The notes: generated by a model not told the origin, from the sequence alone. Shown: positions 51,379 to 63,744, numbered from the stretch's first letter. The stretch: DNA of 64,000 nucleotides from Gracilinanus agilis (GCF_016433145.1 NC_058132.1:598380339-598444338); one strand, 5' to 3'. A program made the numbers and translations.

Positions 51379-52922
51379 AATTATTTTCTTTGTATTAGGC
51401 TTGAATACCCTGTTAGCTAGCTAATAACACATTGGCCATGCTAGGTGGGTTTTGGTTTATTCCTGAACAGGTTGAGGTGATTTGTTCTAAACTTTGAAGT
51501 CCATGTAGACTCCACATTGGCAATGAGCTCTAAAATCTATAAAAGATTAATCACAAAGAGAAGAACTATAACTCCTGCATGATCAAAGTAAAAATTCTAT
51601 TTTTATGGTTGCCTGTGTTTTATCCTCAATAAATTTTATAATAATGATTAGATCCAAAGTATGAACATCATTTACATACATCAAAATGTCTCACGCCATC
51701 CTGGAGAACTTTTACAGTCAGTTAAACACATGCAGCAAGTACAAAAGCACATTAGGAAGCCCAAAGCTCTGGACTCTCCAAGGCATTAATCACTATCACC
51801 TTGCCAGGCAGGGTAGCATGTGCACATATGTTTGTGTGGAGAGTATGTTTGTGCTTGTATGTGTGAATATACAAAGGAGAGAACAGTCTTCTGCACCCAG
51901 ATTCATGTTCACTTCTGTGTGTGCACACAGGAAGAGCTTCTGCATTTGTCAGAAATTCACTTACTTCAGCTTTTTCCTCTCTTGCCAAGGTAATCAGCCT
52001 CATTTCCCAGAAATTGCATTTCTCCAACAGTGACCAGAAGCACTTTAAAAATGGCAGCACCGGAAAGAGCTAGAAATAGTCGCTATTTAGCATTGTCCCT
52101 TTCTCCAACCTATGCCCAGAATATGTGAAAAGTTTATAGCTGCCACCAATGGTATAGGTATTCCCAAAGCTGCCTCCCGAGCACCTATCTCTTGTCTCTG
52201 TTCTCTCACTTATTTCTGGATTGGATTGATTTTGCCTTCTAGCAAGGAGTGGGAAGCCTCCACCTTCAGAGGTTATCACGGAGGGATTTAAGTCTGGGCA
52301 TGCTGGCAGACATGTTCCAAGGCAACAGCAACCACAAATTGCGTATGGTACAAGCTTTCAGGGTAAACATCAATTTCTCCAATTTGCTATAGCCTGAGAA
52401 CCTTATAAGCTTAGCGAATGAATTGTGAGTGTAGATTTTTGCTGGATGGATAGAGCAGGGTTTGCTTCTATAAAGCTCTGTTAATGTGCACTAGAGTCTT
52501 CAGTTTAAATATTGTGAAAGGGTAAAAAGTCACAGCTGGTTCTCGTCTACTTACAAAAGATTCTTACAACCTTTAAAAACAATTTCACAGAAAATACACA
52601 CCTCTTTCCAATATCTGGACCCACTTTCCTTGTTATAGAAAAGAAACCATTTATCACCTGTGTGGTTTGAGGCAGTTCACTTGATAATAGCTAGCAATTT
52701 ATATAGAACTTTAAGGCAAGCAAATGCTTTACATATTCTATCTCATTCGATCTTCACAACAATCTGAAGAAGGCAATGTTGCTATTATCTCCATTTTATA
52801 GATGAGGATAGAGGGGTTAAGCTAAGAGCCTAGGGTCACACAGTCATTAAGTATCTAAACCAGGGTTAAAACTCAGGTCTTTCCTGATCCCCAAGTCCAA
52901 CTCTCTATGGTACCATCTAGCA

Positions 52923-53128
52923 CAATGGTGGCAAACTTATGGCACATGTGCCAGAGGTGGGGTATTCAGAGCCCTCTCTGTGGGCATATGCACTGTAGCT
53001 CCAGCAGAATTCACCAGAGTTAGCTACTAGAAAGCCAGAGGGACCATGTGGGGCTAGGCTGCTCCTCTCCCCATCATCTGAGGTTGTTTCTCACATCATC
53101 CATCCCTATAAAATGTTTGCCATAACTG
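52923..53128. mobile_element. hAT MITE with hAT1-like TIRs (CAGTGATGGCGAACCT type)
   Basis: caatggtggcaaactt...atgtttgccataactg; TSD atctagca/acctagca. Confidence 0.8.
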
Positions 53129-53149
53129 ACCTAGCAGCTACTGGTACTT

Positions 53150-53321
53150 CTTTTTATTTTAAATCCTTGTCTTCTGACAGAAGATTGGTAAGGGCTAGGC
53201 AGTGGGGATTAAGTGACTTGCCCAGGGTCACACAGCTAGGAAGTGTCTGAGGCCATATTTGAACCTAGAACCTCCTATTTCTGGTCTTGGCTCTCTATCC
53301 ACTGAGCCACCTAGTTGCCCC
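53150..53321 (-). mobile_element. SINE1_Mdo-type SINE
   Basis: gtaagggctaggcagtggggattaagtgacttgcccagggtcacacagctagg...ccacctagttgcccc. Confidence 0.9.
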
Positions 53322-54401
53322 TCACCTAGTTGCTTCTTAACCTCTATAAGCCTCAGTTTCCTGATCTGTAAAATGAGACATTTAGACTAAATGGGCAACT
53401 AAAAGCCCTTCAAACTCTAAATTGGTGATCTATAAATTCTCCTTCCTGTGAAAAAATACTGAACTAACACAAAGACTCTCTCCCCTGCTCATTACTTTTC
53501 CTTTTCCTTTAAGACCCTGGTCAAACCCTGCTCCCCTCCATGGAACCTACGTGATCAGCCCAATTTATAGAGTTCTCTCTCCAGCCTCCAAACCTGTACA
53601 GCATTTATTGACTATCTTCATTCCTTAAGTAATGAGTCAGGCATAGCCTTGTTGTGTCTATTCCTTAAATCTTTGGTTGCTTATCAACTCTTTATATATT
53701 TAGATTTCATCTTTTAGGCTATATGGTAGCATCTTCAATGGTAAAGATGTGTCTTCTTAAGTCCTCCTGTAAAGTGCATTGTATTTAGTATCTATTCATC
53801 TATTGTTTGAAAGGCTCCTTAGTAGACAAACATATGGAACAATTCATAAAATTAAATAGATCCTACAAATTTATCTCTCTTTGAGGATGACTCAATAAAA
53901 GGAAGAATACTAGAAGGTAGTAGGAGATCATGATTTGAGTCCCAGCTCCACTGCTAACTCTGTATGTGTTTATTACCCTGGACAAGTCATTTAAACTCAG
54001 TTTTCACATCTGTAAAATGTGGCTAATGCTCATACCACTTTTCCTCATAAATTTATTATAATAATAATAGAAACAAGCCAACATATAAACTGCACTTTAG
54101 GTTTGCATGGAGTTTTTACATACAGTTCCTCATTTGAGTCTTGCTAAAAACCATTGAAATAATTATTTATTTTGGGGGACTTCTGATTTCGGCTCCCCCT
54201 GAAGCAGTTCATCAAGTCAGTTGCAATGAAAAAGCAATTTTAGAATGTTGCATGGAGATAAGAGATTTGCTTAAAGTAACCAGCTAGCAAGTATAACAGG
54301 CAGGATTTGAACACAAGACTTCTCTACTCCCACTTCACCATGCTATCCACTACAGTCACTGACCCTTGATTGACACAGTAATAATGTATAGAATGTGTAT
54401 G

Positions 54402-54870
54402 GTGCAGCTAGGTGGCCCAGCAGATAGAAGGCTGGTCCTGGAGTCAGGAAGTTCAGTTGTTCAGGTGTTTCAATTGTGTCCAACTCTTTGTGACCCCAAT
54501 TGGGATTTTTGGGGCAAAGAGACTAGAGTGGTTTGCCATTTCCTTTCCAGCTCATTTTACAGATGAAGAAACTATGGCAAACAGTGTGAAATGACTTGCC
54601 TAGGTTCTCAAAGCTAGTAAGCACTTGAGGTCAGATTTTAACTTAGGTCTTCCTGACTGGCCTGCATCAGAAAGACTCATCTTCCTGAACTCAAATCAGT
54701 CTCAGTCACTTACTGTAGGAACTTGGACAAGTCACATCACCCTATTTGCCTCAGTTTCCTCATCTATAAAATGAGCTGAAGAAGAAAATGGCAAACCACT
54801 CTAAGTTTCTTTTTCAGTAAAACCTCAAATGGGGTCATGAAGAGTCCAGACATTTCTGAAATAAGTAAAC
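54402..54870. mobile_element. MAR1 (+) split by an antisense MAR1 (~54455-54660)
   Basis: Head ends gagtcaggaag, antisense copy follows, then tcagaaag and the remainder of the sense copy. Confidence 0.8.
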
Positions 54871-55291
54871 AATAAATGGCAAGGAAAGCACTATATAGAA
54901 ACAAAACATTTTTACTGCCTCTGAAAAGAGTGGCTTCAGTAGTCACAGATAGTCAGCCATTCTTCCCATTTGACATTAAAAAAAAAAAGTTGGAATGTAA
55001 TAGTTTCATGTTAGGGCAAATTTAAAGAAAAAGTTTAATGATGAGAATGGGAATTCCTATAATCATGGCCCATAGATTGAATTTTTGAACAATCTTCATG
55101 CTTTGTTAGTAATGTATCTGTTATATATTAAAAAAAATATTTTCCAAGAAGTCTCCATAGTTTAGTTTTCCTGGTCAAGGGTGTTCCTTAATGTAGAATG
55201 AGAGCCCATCCAGCTCTTGTAATGGTAATATAATGGATTATGCATATTGTATCAGGTTAAAAATGAAACTCAGTGTAGTATTACAGCAATT

Positions 55292-55294
<3 letters not shown>

Positions 55295-55326
<32 letters not shown>
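55295..55326. repeat. (AC)n microsatellite
   Basis: Perfect run. Confidence 0.98.
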
Positions 55327-55327
<1 letters not shown>

Positions 55328-55697
55328 ATCTTATTCGGCACCAGATATTTAAATTTTAAACCCGTTTAAATATTCAGGTGAAACTAAAATAAATTTTGAA
55401 AAATGGAATTCAATAGAAAAGCTCCATTAAGGGTAAAAGTGCTTCCCCAAACCAATTTGGCTCTAAAAGGAAACTGGGAAGGAAGGTTTTCACAGTAGCA
55501 GCACCTGCCTGGGAAACATTGTACATTTTTCTACATAGACAGAAGATTAGCTGGAATTCTTTTGGCATGAACTTCATTAGCCAAGAAAAATGGAAGCCTG
55601 GGACCCAGGCACTGTCTCACACATAGCCAGCCACCTGTTTGCTAAGATCCTGAGTTCCATATCCAGATTGAGGCTGCCTCTTTCCATTGTCTCATTC

Positions 55698-56310
55698 TGT
55701 TGTGGGGGAACTTGAGGTGAATCCCAGGTTTGGGACAGGCCACCCTGTGCAAGAATGCAAGACTTCAAAACTTAGTTTAAAAATAAAAAGAGAAATGTAG
55801 TTATTTGGAATTCATGTTGAAGTGGCTGGGAGAACAGTGTAGGTGGAGCCCTGCCTCCTAGAGGAGATGTGTCCTGGGTCTTTTATACCTTTTAGAGGAC
55901 ATGGGCTACTGACTACAGAAAGGATGGTGGAATGAGGTTAGGCAGAAGTGGGGGAGGTTTGTTATCTGACTGGGACTAGAGTAATGTTTTGTGTTTCAAA
56001 GACACAAGGGATGACTGGGAATAGTTTAGGGGACCAGTACATGTCCTAGATACAACCCAGTGGTATCAGAGCATAACCAGAAGATGTGTTTCTGTATCCA
56101 TCTTGAAATCTAAGGGAGAATCCAAGGGGAATATTTCCCTTAAGGGTCTTCCCTTATCATGTGTCTCTGATACCCAGGGTCAACTTTTCCTCAGCACTGC
56201 AAGAATGCAAGGAAGGAAAGGCATTTTCCTGCTTTCTTTTTGACCTGAAATACTTCTAGGGTCTGGGGTGTCCAAGGGAAACCCAGGGTCTCATGCCAAT
56301 TCCATACAAC
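55698..56310 (-). mobile_element. Solo LTR (family C)
   Basis: Starts tgttgtgggggaacttgaggtg; antisense TATA (cttttatacc); collinear similarity to 58864-59575. Confidence 0.7.
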
Positions 56311-56547
56311 CTCATGTTAATTTCTTCCTCAAAAATGATCATGAGTTCTTTTTTGCACCTTTTCCTTGCAAAATCAGGGATAACTGGCCAATGTGTCTCC
56401 TAAATGCCTTCTTGTTTCTTAGGAAAACATCACACAGGATGTTTTCATTGGATTAACTGAAATGATTGCTTCCACAGAAATGCAAGCCCATCATGAAAGA
56501 CTCTTTGAAAACCAGAGCCTCAACTTCTTTCTCTCTGGCCTATTCTT

Positions 56548-57449
56548 TTTTTTATTTAATTTTTATTTTTAGAAAAATTTTCCATGGTTACATGATTCAT
56601 GTTCTTACTCTCCCCTCCACACCACCCACCACAGCCGACGCACATTTCCACTGGTTTTTACATGTGTCATCAATCAAGAGCTATTTCCATATTATTGATA
56701 ATTTCACTGGGGTGGTCATTTAGAGTCTACTTCCCAAATCATGTCTGCATCAACCCACGTGTTCAAGCAGTTTTTTTTTTTTTCTTCTGTGTTTCTACTG
56801 CCATAGTTCTTCCTTTTGAATGTGGATAGCATTCCTTTTCATAAGTCCCTCAGAATTGTCCCAGATCATTGAATTGCTGCTAGTAGAGAAGTCCATTATA
56901 TTCGATTTTACCACTGTGTATCAGTCTCTGTGAACAATGTTCTGGTTCTGTTCCTTTCACTCTGCACCAATTCCTGGATGTCTTTCCAGTTCACATGGAA
57001 TTCCTCCAGTTCGTTATTCCATCACCAGCAGACACCACAATTTTTTCAGCCATTCCCCAATTGAAGGGCATCCCCTCATTTTCCTATCAATAAGCACATA
57101 AGAAAGTTTTCTAAATCTCTTATAATTAGAGAAATGCAAATCAAAACAACTCTGAAGTATCACCTCACACCTAGCAGATTGGTTAACATGACAGCAAAGG
57201 AAAGTGGTGAATGTTGGAGGGGATGTGGCAAAATTGGAATATTGATGAACTGGTGGAGTTGTGAATTGATCCAACCATTCTGGATGGCAATCTGGAACTA
57301 TGCCCAAAAGGCTATAAAAGACTGCCTGCCCTTTGATCCAGCCATATCACTGCTGGGTTTATACCCCAAAGAAATCATAAGAAAAAAGACATGTACAAAA
57401 ATATTTATAGCCACACTCTTTGTAGTGGCAAAAAACTGGAAAACGAGGG
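56548..57449. mobile_element. 5'-inverted (twin-primed) L1_Mdo-type insertion
   Basis: 3' part on minus (56548-57084), ORF2 C-terminus on plus (57085-57449; MQIKTTLKYHLTPSRL...); TSD tctggcctattctt/tctggaatattctt. Confidence 0.9.
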
Positions 57450-57514
57450 TATGTTTCTGGAATATTCTTAAGAAAAATCCACTTGTATAGAAATTTATTA
57501 TTACATGAAATTGG

Positions 57515-57538
57515 TAGATAGATAGATAGATAGATAGA
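57515..57538. repeat. (TAGA)6 microsatellite
   Basis: Perfect run. Confidence 0.95.
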
Positions 57539-58462
57539 ACAATATAAGTTGTTTATGTATAATTTATATAACTATAAAACATATACAAATATAAAAATAA
57601 AAGAATAAAAAAAGAAGAATCCAACCAATTTTTAAAAATACAGTTAAGTCAGCCAAAATTACCCAGTTCAAAGGCTTGAAATCTAACATAAACTGTGTAG
57701 ACATAAATAGGGGAATATATGGGCAGATGAAAGGAAGAGTCCTGGAGACCAGAAGATAGAATATTATAAAGAGAAATAAAAATAGGAAACATTACTTAAA
57801 GAAATATGGAATAATATAAATAGAGGCCCTAATCCAGCTGACTGTAAATCCCTTTTCCTTAATTGGTTTAGAAACTGAGGGCTGTAATGTGAGACTGAGA
57901 GCTCTCAGCTGCTATTCTACTGAGCTGCCTAGAATCCCATTAAGTGGAAGACAATAGCAGAGCTGACAGCTCCCTTTCTGTAGGGGCACTTAGAGCTAAT
58001 CTGCTATTGAGACTAATACAATTATATGGGATTAGAGGATTGCCATTGATACATAGATTTGGAGATTCCCAAAGGAGGGGAAAGTTGGGGTTTTGCATAT
58101 TGGGGAGGGCCAAGAGAGGGATTGTAAAGACTACAAAACTCCTATTTATTCAAAGACCAAGAAAAATGATCATACTTTAGCATATGGGTCTGCATCTCAG
58201 CAATGATCCCAAATCTGAACCAAATAGTTGGGATGGAATTCCTTAAATACTTTCTTCTCTATTTAACTTCTTCTTAACATAAAGCTTTACAAAGGCACTC
58301 AGAAATCTCTGTGCAGAGGTATTTATTTCAAATAATTATTTATTTAGGCCTTTTTTTAATCCAGGGTTTTGAGAGCAAGAAGAACCTTATTTTTCATAGT
58401 AACAGGTGACTTTAATGATTAGTATTAGTGTTATTGTTGTTACGCTTCAAAAGACTATGTAA

Positions 58463-58647
58463 GGGGGCAGCTGGGGTAGCTCAGTGGATTGAGAGCCAGG
58501 CCTAGAGGTGGGAGGCCCTGGGTTCAAATGTGACCTCAGACACTTCCTAGCTGTGTGACCATGGGCAAGTCACTTGACCCCCATTGCCTACCCTTACCAC
58601 TCTTCTGACTCCAAGATGGAAGGTAAGGGTTATTAAAAAAAAAAAAA
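58463..58647 (+). mobile_element. Young SINE1_Mdo-type SINE
   Basis: TSD aaaagactatgta. Confidence 0.95.
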
Positions 58648-58863
58648 AAAAGACTATGTAGTTCTTTAAGGTTTGCATCGCCTTCTATATGTGATCTCAT
58701 TTCATCATCATCCCTGTGAGGTAGATACTGTTATTATCCCTATTTTATAGATGAGCAAACCAAAGACTAAAAGAAGTTAAGTGACTTTTCTAGAGTTACA
58801 ACTAGTAAGTATCCCAGAATTTGAACTCAAGTCTTCTAGATTCCAACTCCATCATTCACCAAA

Positions 58864-59575
58864 TGTGGTGGGGGACTTGAGGTGAACCCACTGGGGGTAG
58901 GAAGGGTATCCTTTGCAAGAAAGCAAGACTCTGAAACTTAGCTTAAAAATAAAAAGAGAAATTTATTAATTTAGAAGGTAATGTTGAATCCATCCAGGAG
59001 GACAGCATAGATGGAAAGCTGCCTCCTAGAGGACCTCAAGTCTGGGGTCTTTATACCCTTTACAACAGTTAATATGTGGCTTCTGGATGGTATGCCTGAG
59101 GCACAGGGGGTGGTGGTGGAAGGTCTGCCTGAAGACAGGGGGTAACCCTCATAGTTTATGGGACAGATAGATGTCTTAGATCAGTGATTGGATAACTATG
59201 GCTTGTGGGCCAGATGTTCTATCCAGCCACATGACATTATTCCTAATCTGACAAATACAATGAGTAGGATACAATACAATGAAACTTCAAAAGAATTGCC
59301 TTAGAAACAGACTGACAGATGAGCATTTCCTTTCCTTTGGCCCCCTCTTTTAAAAGTTTGCCCATCACTGTCTTAGATACAACCTGATGGCATCAAGGCA
59401 TAGCCTGAAGGTATATCTCTGTGTCCACCTCAAATCTAAAGCACAATCCAAGGAGAATATTCCTCTCAGAGTTTTAGAAGTCACAAGGATGTAAGGGAGC
59501 AATGGAATTTTCCTGCCCACAGTTTAGCCTGAAATACTCCTATAATTTGGGGGTACAATGTTCCATACCATACCC
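58864..59575 (-). mobile_element. Solo LTR (family C) interrupted by a hAT MITE
   Basis: tgtggtgggggacttgaggtg...aaaaataaaaagagaaatttatt...ctttataccc; antisense AATAAA and TATA. Confidence 0.7.
59182..59370. mobile_element. hAT MITE (same family as 29866)
   Basis: cagtgattggataact / agtttgcccatcactg; exact TSD tcttagat. Confidence 0.93.
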
Positions 59576-59713
59576 ACAATGGAAACAGTCAAATGTAGGG
59601 GAAAGAGTGCTAGATTTAGACATCTGAGTTCTCATCCCCACTTCAGACTACTGAGTATCTGACCCATGAGTTGTTCAAATTCAGAGCAAGTACCACCCTA
59701 AAATCTGTGTTAG

Positions 59714-59912
59714 AGGGGCAGCTGGGTAGCTCAGTGGATTGAGAGCCAGGCCTAGAGATGAGAGGACCTAAGTTCAAATCTGGCCTCAGACACTTCCCAG
59801 TCGTGTGACCCTGGGCAAGTCACTTGACCCCCATTGCCTACCCTTACCACTCTTCTGCCTTGGAGCCAATACCCAGTATTGACTCCAAGATGGAAGGTAA
59901 GGGTTTAAAAAA
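59714..59912 (+). mobile_element. Young SINE1_Mdo-type SINE
   Basis: TSD aaatctgtgttagag/aaattgtgttagag. Confidence 0.95.
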
Positions 59913-61759
59913 AAAATTGTGTTAGAGCCTTCCAACCTCGTACTGGAATGATCAACCACAGCTGAACATGCTGTACTCTGCCCCAAGACCAAGTCAATGG
60001 TCTTCTTTGAAAACAAAGAATAAACAACAACCTCATTTCTCTCATCTGTGAAATGGGGATGAAAGCTGCACCCTCCCCAACGGGTTACTGTGAGGCTCGA
60101 ATGAAAAATGATAAGGGCTTTGCGAACTTAAAACATTTGCTCCTACTTCTATAACTTCTCTCAATATACTTTACAAACTCAGACCCTGGAGATGTCACAG
60201 CATACTTCTGAGGCATCATCAGCATTGATGACACTGTGTAGACAAGAGAGCCAAGTCAAGTTCTGCCTCTGTCTCCATTCCAGGACACAGGAAATGCAAA
60301 TCGAGCAAACTGCAGAAAAGGGGATGCGGTATTTATCAGCCAATTCAGTTACAGGGACTCCTTATGGAAAACAGTGGCTGATTAACAGCAGTGCCAACTT
60401 CCTCCCTTAATAAGCCTTAAAACGATCTTCACAAATTGGCTCCTAACAATATCTAACACCTTACCTATCCATCATGAAAGCTGCATGAGAGCAGTGTGGT
60501 ATTTCTCATTCCTTGCTTAAATATGACCTTTCAGATCAGTTTCCTTCTTAGTATTTTCAGGAGAAGTAGGGACTATTGTAAGTGACACTTTACAATTCTC
60601 CACCATCCTACAACAGTGCTTCACTAATTTCATTCCAAAGCCCTAAGTATTAACCTAAAGGCACCTAAGTCTTCAGGGACTTCATTTTATACATGTTCTG
60701 TCTAACGCAGCTATGAGATTTTGAGCTATTAAATAATTTATTGTAATTTTTTAAAATGCTTAGAAATAAATGGAGAAGTTGATTTCAAATCCTCCTCATA
60801 GTCCAGCAGTGGCAATGAACCTCTAATATTACATTCAGAAGATTTACAGTTTTGCCATTGACAAGAGTTAATTGCTAATTAAAAGCCAGAGTTGAGACAG
60901 CTTTAGAATATAATCCACAGAGAAGGGGGTGATTAGGAGACACCCAGAGGGCCATGCTTTGGCCAAAGGCTGCCTATCTCCAAATCCCTCTCCCACTAGC
61001 CTGGCACTTGCTTCAAAACCTCACCTTGCTCCTTTGGGTAAAGGCATTTTCTTTCTGAGTCCACATTTCAATGTAAATTCAAAGGAAGAATAACCCATTA
61101 TCATAGGTTTCCTTTATCTGCTTTCTTGCAAAGAGCAAGACTCTTAAGACCCTGGAACACAAGACAAGTAAACTTTGAAAGGAGAGGTCGATGGGAAAGG
61201 AAGTTTAAAAAAAGCAGCAGCTAAAGCTTGCACACATGCTTATGCACATACACATGTTAATACATATTTTGTCCCATTCTGAGGAAGACAAGCTATTTTT
61301 TGCCTGAGTTCCTTAACACTTTCACTCATTCCTAATAAATTCATTCTATCTGTTAATGGATACAAGGCTCTCTTTAATGTCTCACTTTGTGTGAATTGTC
61401 CATGTTCTTCCTTAAATACCTTAGGGTGGAGTAGGGAGGTCCGGCCAGCTTGATGTTAATGGAGCCTTGATGTTAATATTCAGAGGCTTGAACAAAGTTA
61501 TCTTTGTTACATTTTTCAAGGACTCTTGTATGATTTTGACTTATGAGAAAAGGTGTCCTAGAAATGTCTCCGCAAATGACCTCTTCACTGGTATATAACC
61601 CTGCACCTTATCCATCATTAAAGCTGCATGGGAGCAATGTGGTATTTTTCACTTCTTGGTTAAATATGACCTCAGCCATTTTTATTCTTGGTTTTTTAAG
61701 GTGCAAATAGTATTTTAAGTAAATTAGAACTTGATTAAAAGCAATCTTGTTGTTTTGCT

Positions 61760-62110
61760 ATACTAAGTCAATAAGCATGGCTTATTATATGCTAGGCATA
61801 GCACTAAGTGCAAGGAATAAAAAAAAAAAGCAGAAATAAAGAAAATACCTGACCTCAAGGAACTTACATTTTAAGGAGAAAGATATCATAGGAAAGGAGG
61901 CTGAGTAACGGTGCCAGTGAGGAGAGACAGTGGACAACAAAATCTGGAGTCAGAAGAAGAGTGAACATGGCTGGCCCTGATACTTGTTAAGTTCCAGGAG
62001 GAACACAACAAAAAGAGGAAGTGGCCACTGAGGTGAATGATATACTAAAAGAAGAAGGCTACTGTGGAGAAAAAGGTGGAGAAAAGAAGTCAGGAGAGTG
62101 AGGAGTGCAG
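61760..62110 (-). mobile_element. L2 3' relic
   Basis: gtcaataagcat...gctaggcatagcactaagtgc...cctgacctcaaggaacttacatt. Confidence 0.65.
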
Positions 62111-63744
62111 CTCAGAGAGGTACAAAGATATGAAAATAAGATGCCTTTTATGTTAAACAAACAAGAAGACATATTGGCATCTTGTGTTTTTCATGTCTTT
62201 CAGTTAACCATGTGACTTCAAAGATGTGGTCCATAGTAGAATATCGCTCACCTTTTCCATTCTCATCCTTTTATCCAAAATTTCCTTGATATATGAGTAG
62301 GTTAATCTCAAAAAGATTTTATCGAGATGGGAAGGTAGGCAAAAGGATCAATAGAATAATGACCATTATTATAGACCACATAATAGACTATATGTCCATT
62401 AATTTATAGAACCCTACAGGTCATCTACTTCAGCTTCTGATATTACAGATGAGGAAAATGAAAGAGATGCATGACTTGGCTGAAGTCACCCAGATAGCAA
62501 TGGGCAAGGTTGACATAAACTCAAGTCTTGTCACTCCAAATTGAGCTATTACAATTCTTTAGAGTGCCATTATTTTGAGAAGGGTAATGATGTCTGTGAA
62601 TTGTTTTTGATTCCTTGTTGTCTTCCCCTCTTTCAGAAATCTTGAGGATAATTCCCTAGACATCCTTACAATTGTGTTATTTCTAGCACAGATATCCCAA
62701 TTTTTTGCTAGGTCTAGTCCAGCTGCTTATCCCATCTTTGTTTTCTTTAGAACCATTTCTATTCCCTCACTTTGTATATTAGGGACCATCATGAAGTAGC
62801 CAGGCAGAGCAATAAATAGAGTGCTGGACCTCAAGTTAGGAAAACCTAACTTCAAATTGCAGCCTCACACACTTTTACTTATTGAGTGACCCTGGGCAAA
62901 TTATTTAACTTTTCTATACCTTAATTTTCTCATCTGTAAAATTGGGATAATAATAGTACCTACTTTCCAAGGTTGTCATAAGGTTCAAATAAGATAACAT
63001 TTGTAAGGCATTTTCCAAACCCTAAAGCACTATTTAAATGCTAGCTATTTTTATTACTAGCTATTGTGATGGTAGAGTACAAATGTCACTATCCTTGATA
63101 AAAGAAAAAAGTTTGAAATAGACATATTCATTTAGCTTTCCTATTTGTTTTTTGTATGTTTTCTTCCTTCTGATTTCACCTTTAAATGTTCATAGATCAT
63201 AGAGCTAGGGCCATCTCATCCAATCCCCTCATTCTATAGTTGAGGAAATTGAGGCTCAAGGAAATTAAGGAACTTGCCCAAGGTAACACAAGTAATAAGG
63301 ATCAGAAGTGGGATTTGAGCCCAAGAACTCTGATCCCAGAGCCAGTGTACTTTCTGTTCTCCTAACCTACTTCCTGATGTTTTCAGGATAATCTGACTTA
63401 ATTGGGACCCCTGCCAAGCTTTCTGTAAACTTGTTCTTCCCTTTATGCTTCTTTCTATTTTATAGAATGATATTGTTCATAATCTTCTACTATTCTTCCT
63501 CTGGAGATTTTACAAATGAGTTTATGTTCTAAACTGGTATTGTCCCTGGCTGCCATATCTCTCCACTTGGCAAGGAAGTAAAGTTTTCCTGGCTGAGGAA
63601 ATTTCTAAGCTCTTCTGGTCTACTTTTTGTGGTGATTGATTTACACTGGTTAAATTTTCCATCTCCATGTAATGGAGACTTCAACTCTAGAGAAAGAGGT
63701 AGGGATTATTCTCCTTTCTCTCCTATTTTCTTTCTTTAATTCTT

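Noticed and set aside
57134-57490. 118-aa ORF with clear protein similarity
   Set aside because: It is the L1 ORF2 C-terminus within a truncated, inverted L1, not a host gene.
57885-58020. Imperfect hairpin with TG...CA ends
   Set aside because: Stem too short and irregular for a pre-miRNA; no TSD to support an LTR.
62251-62340. Minus-strand donor AAG|GTGAGC with a short open frame (YIKEILDKRMRMEK)
   Set aside because: No credible acceptor; only ~33 open codons.
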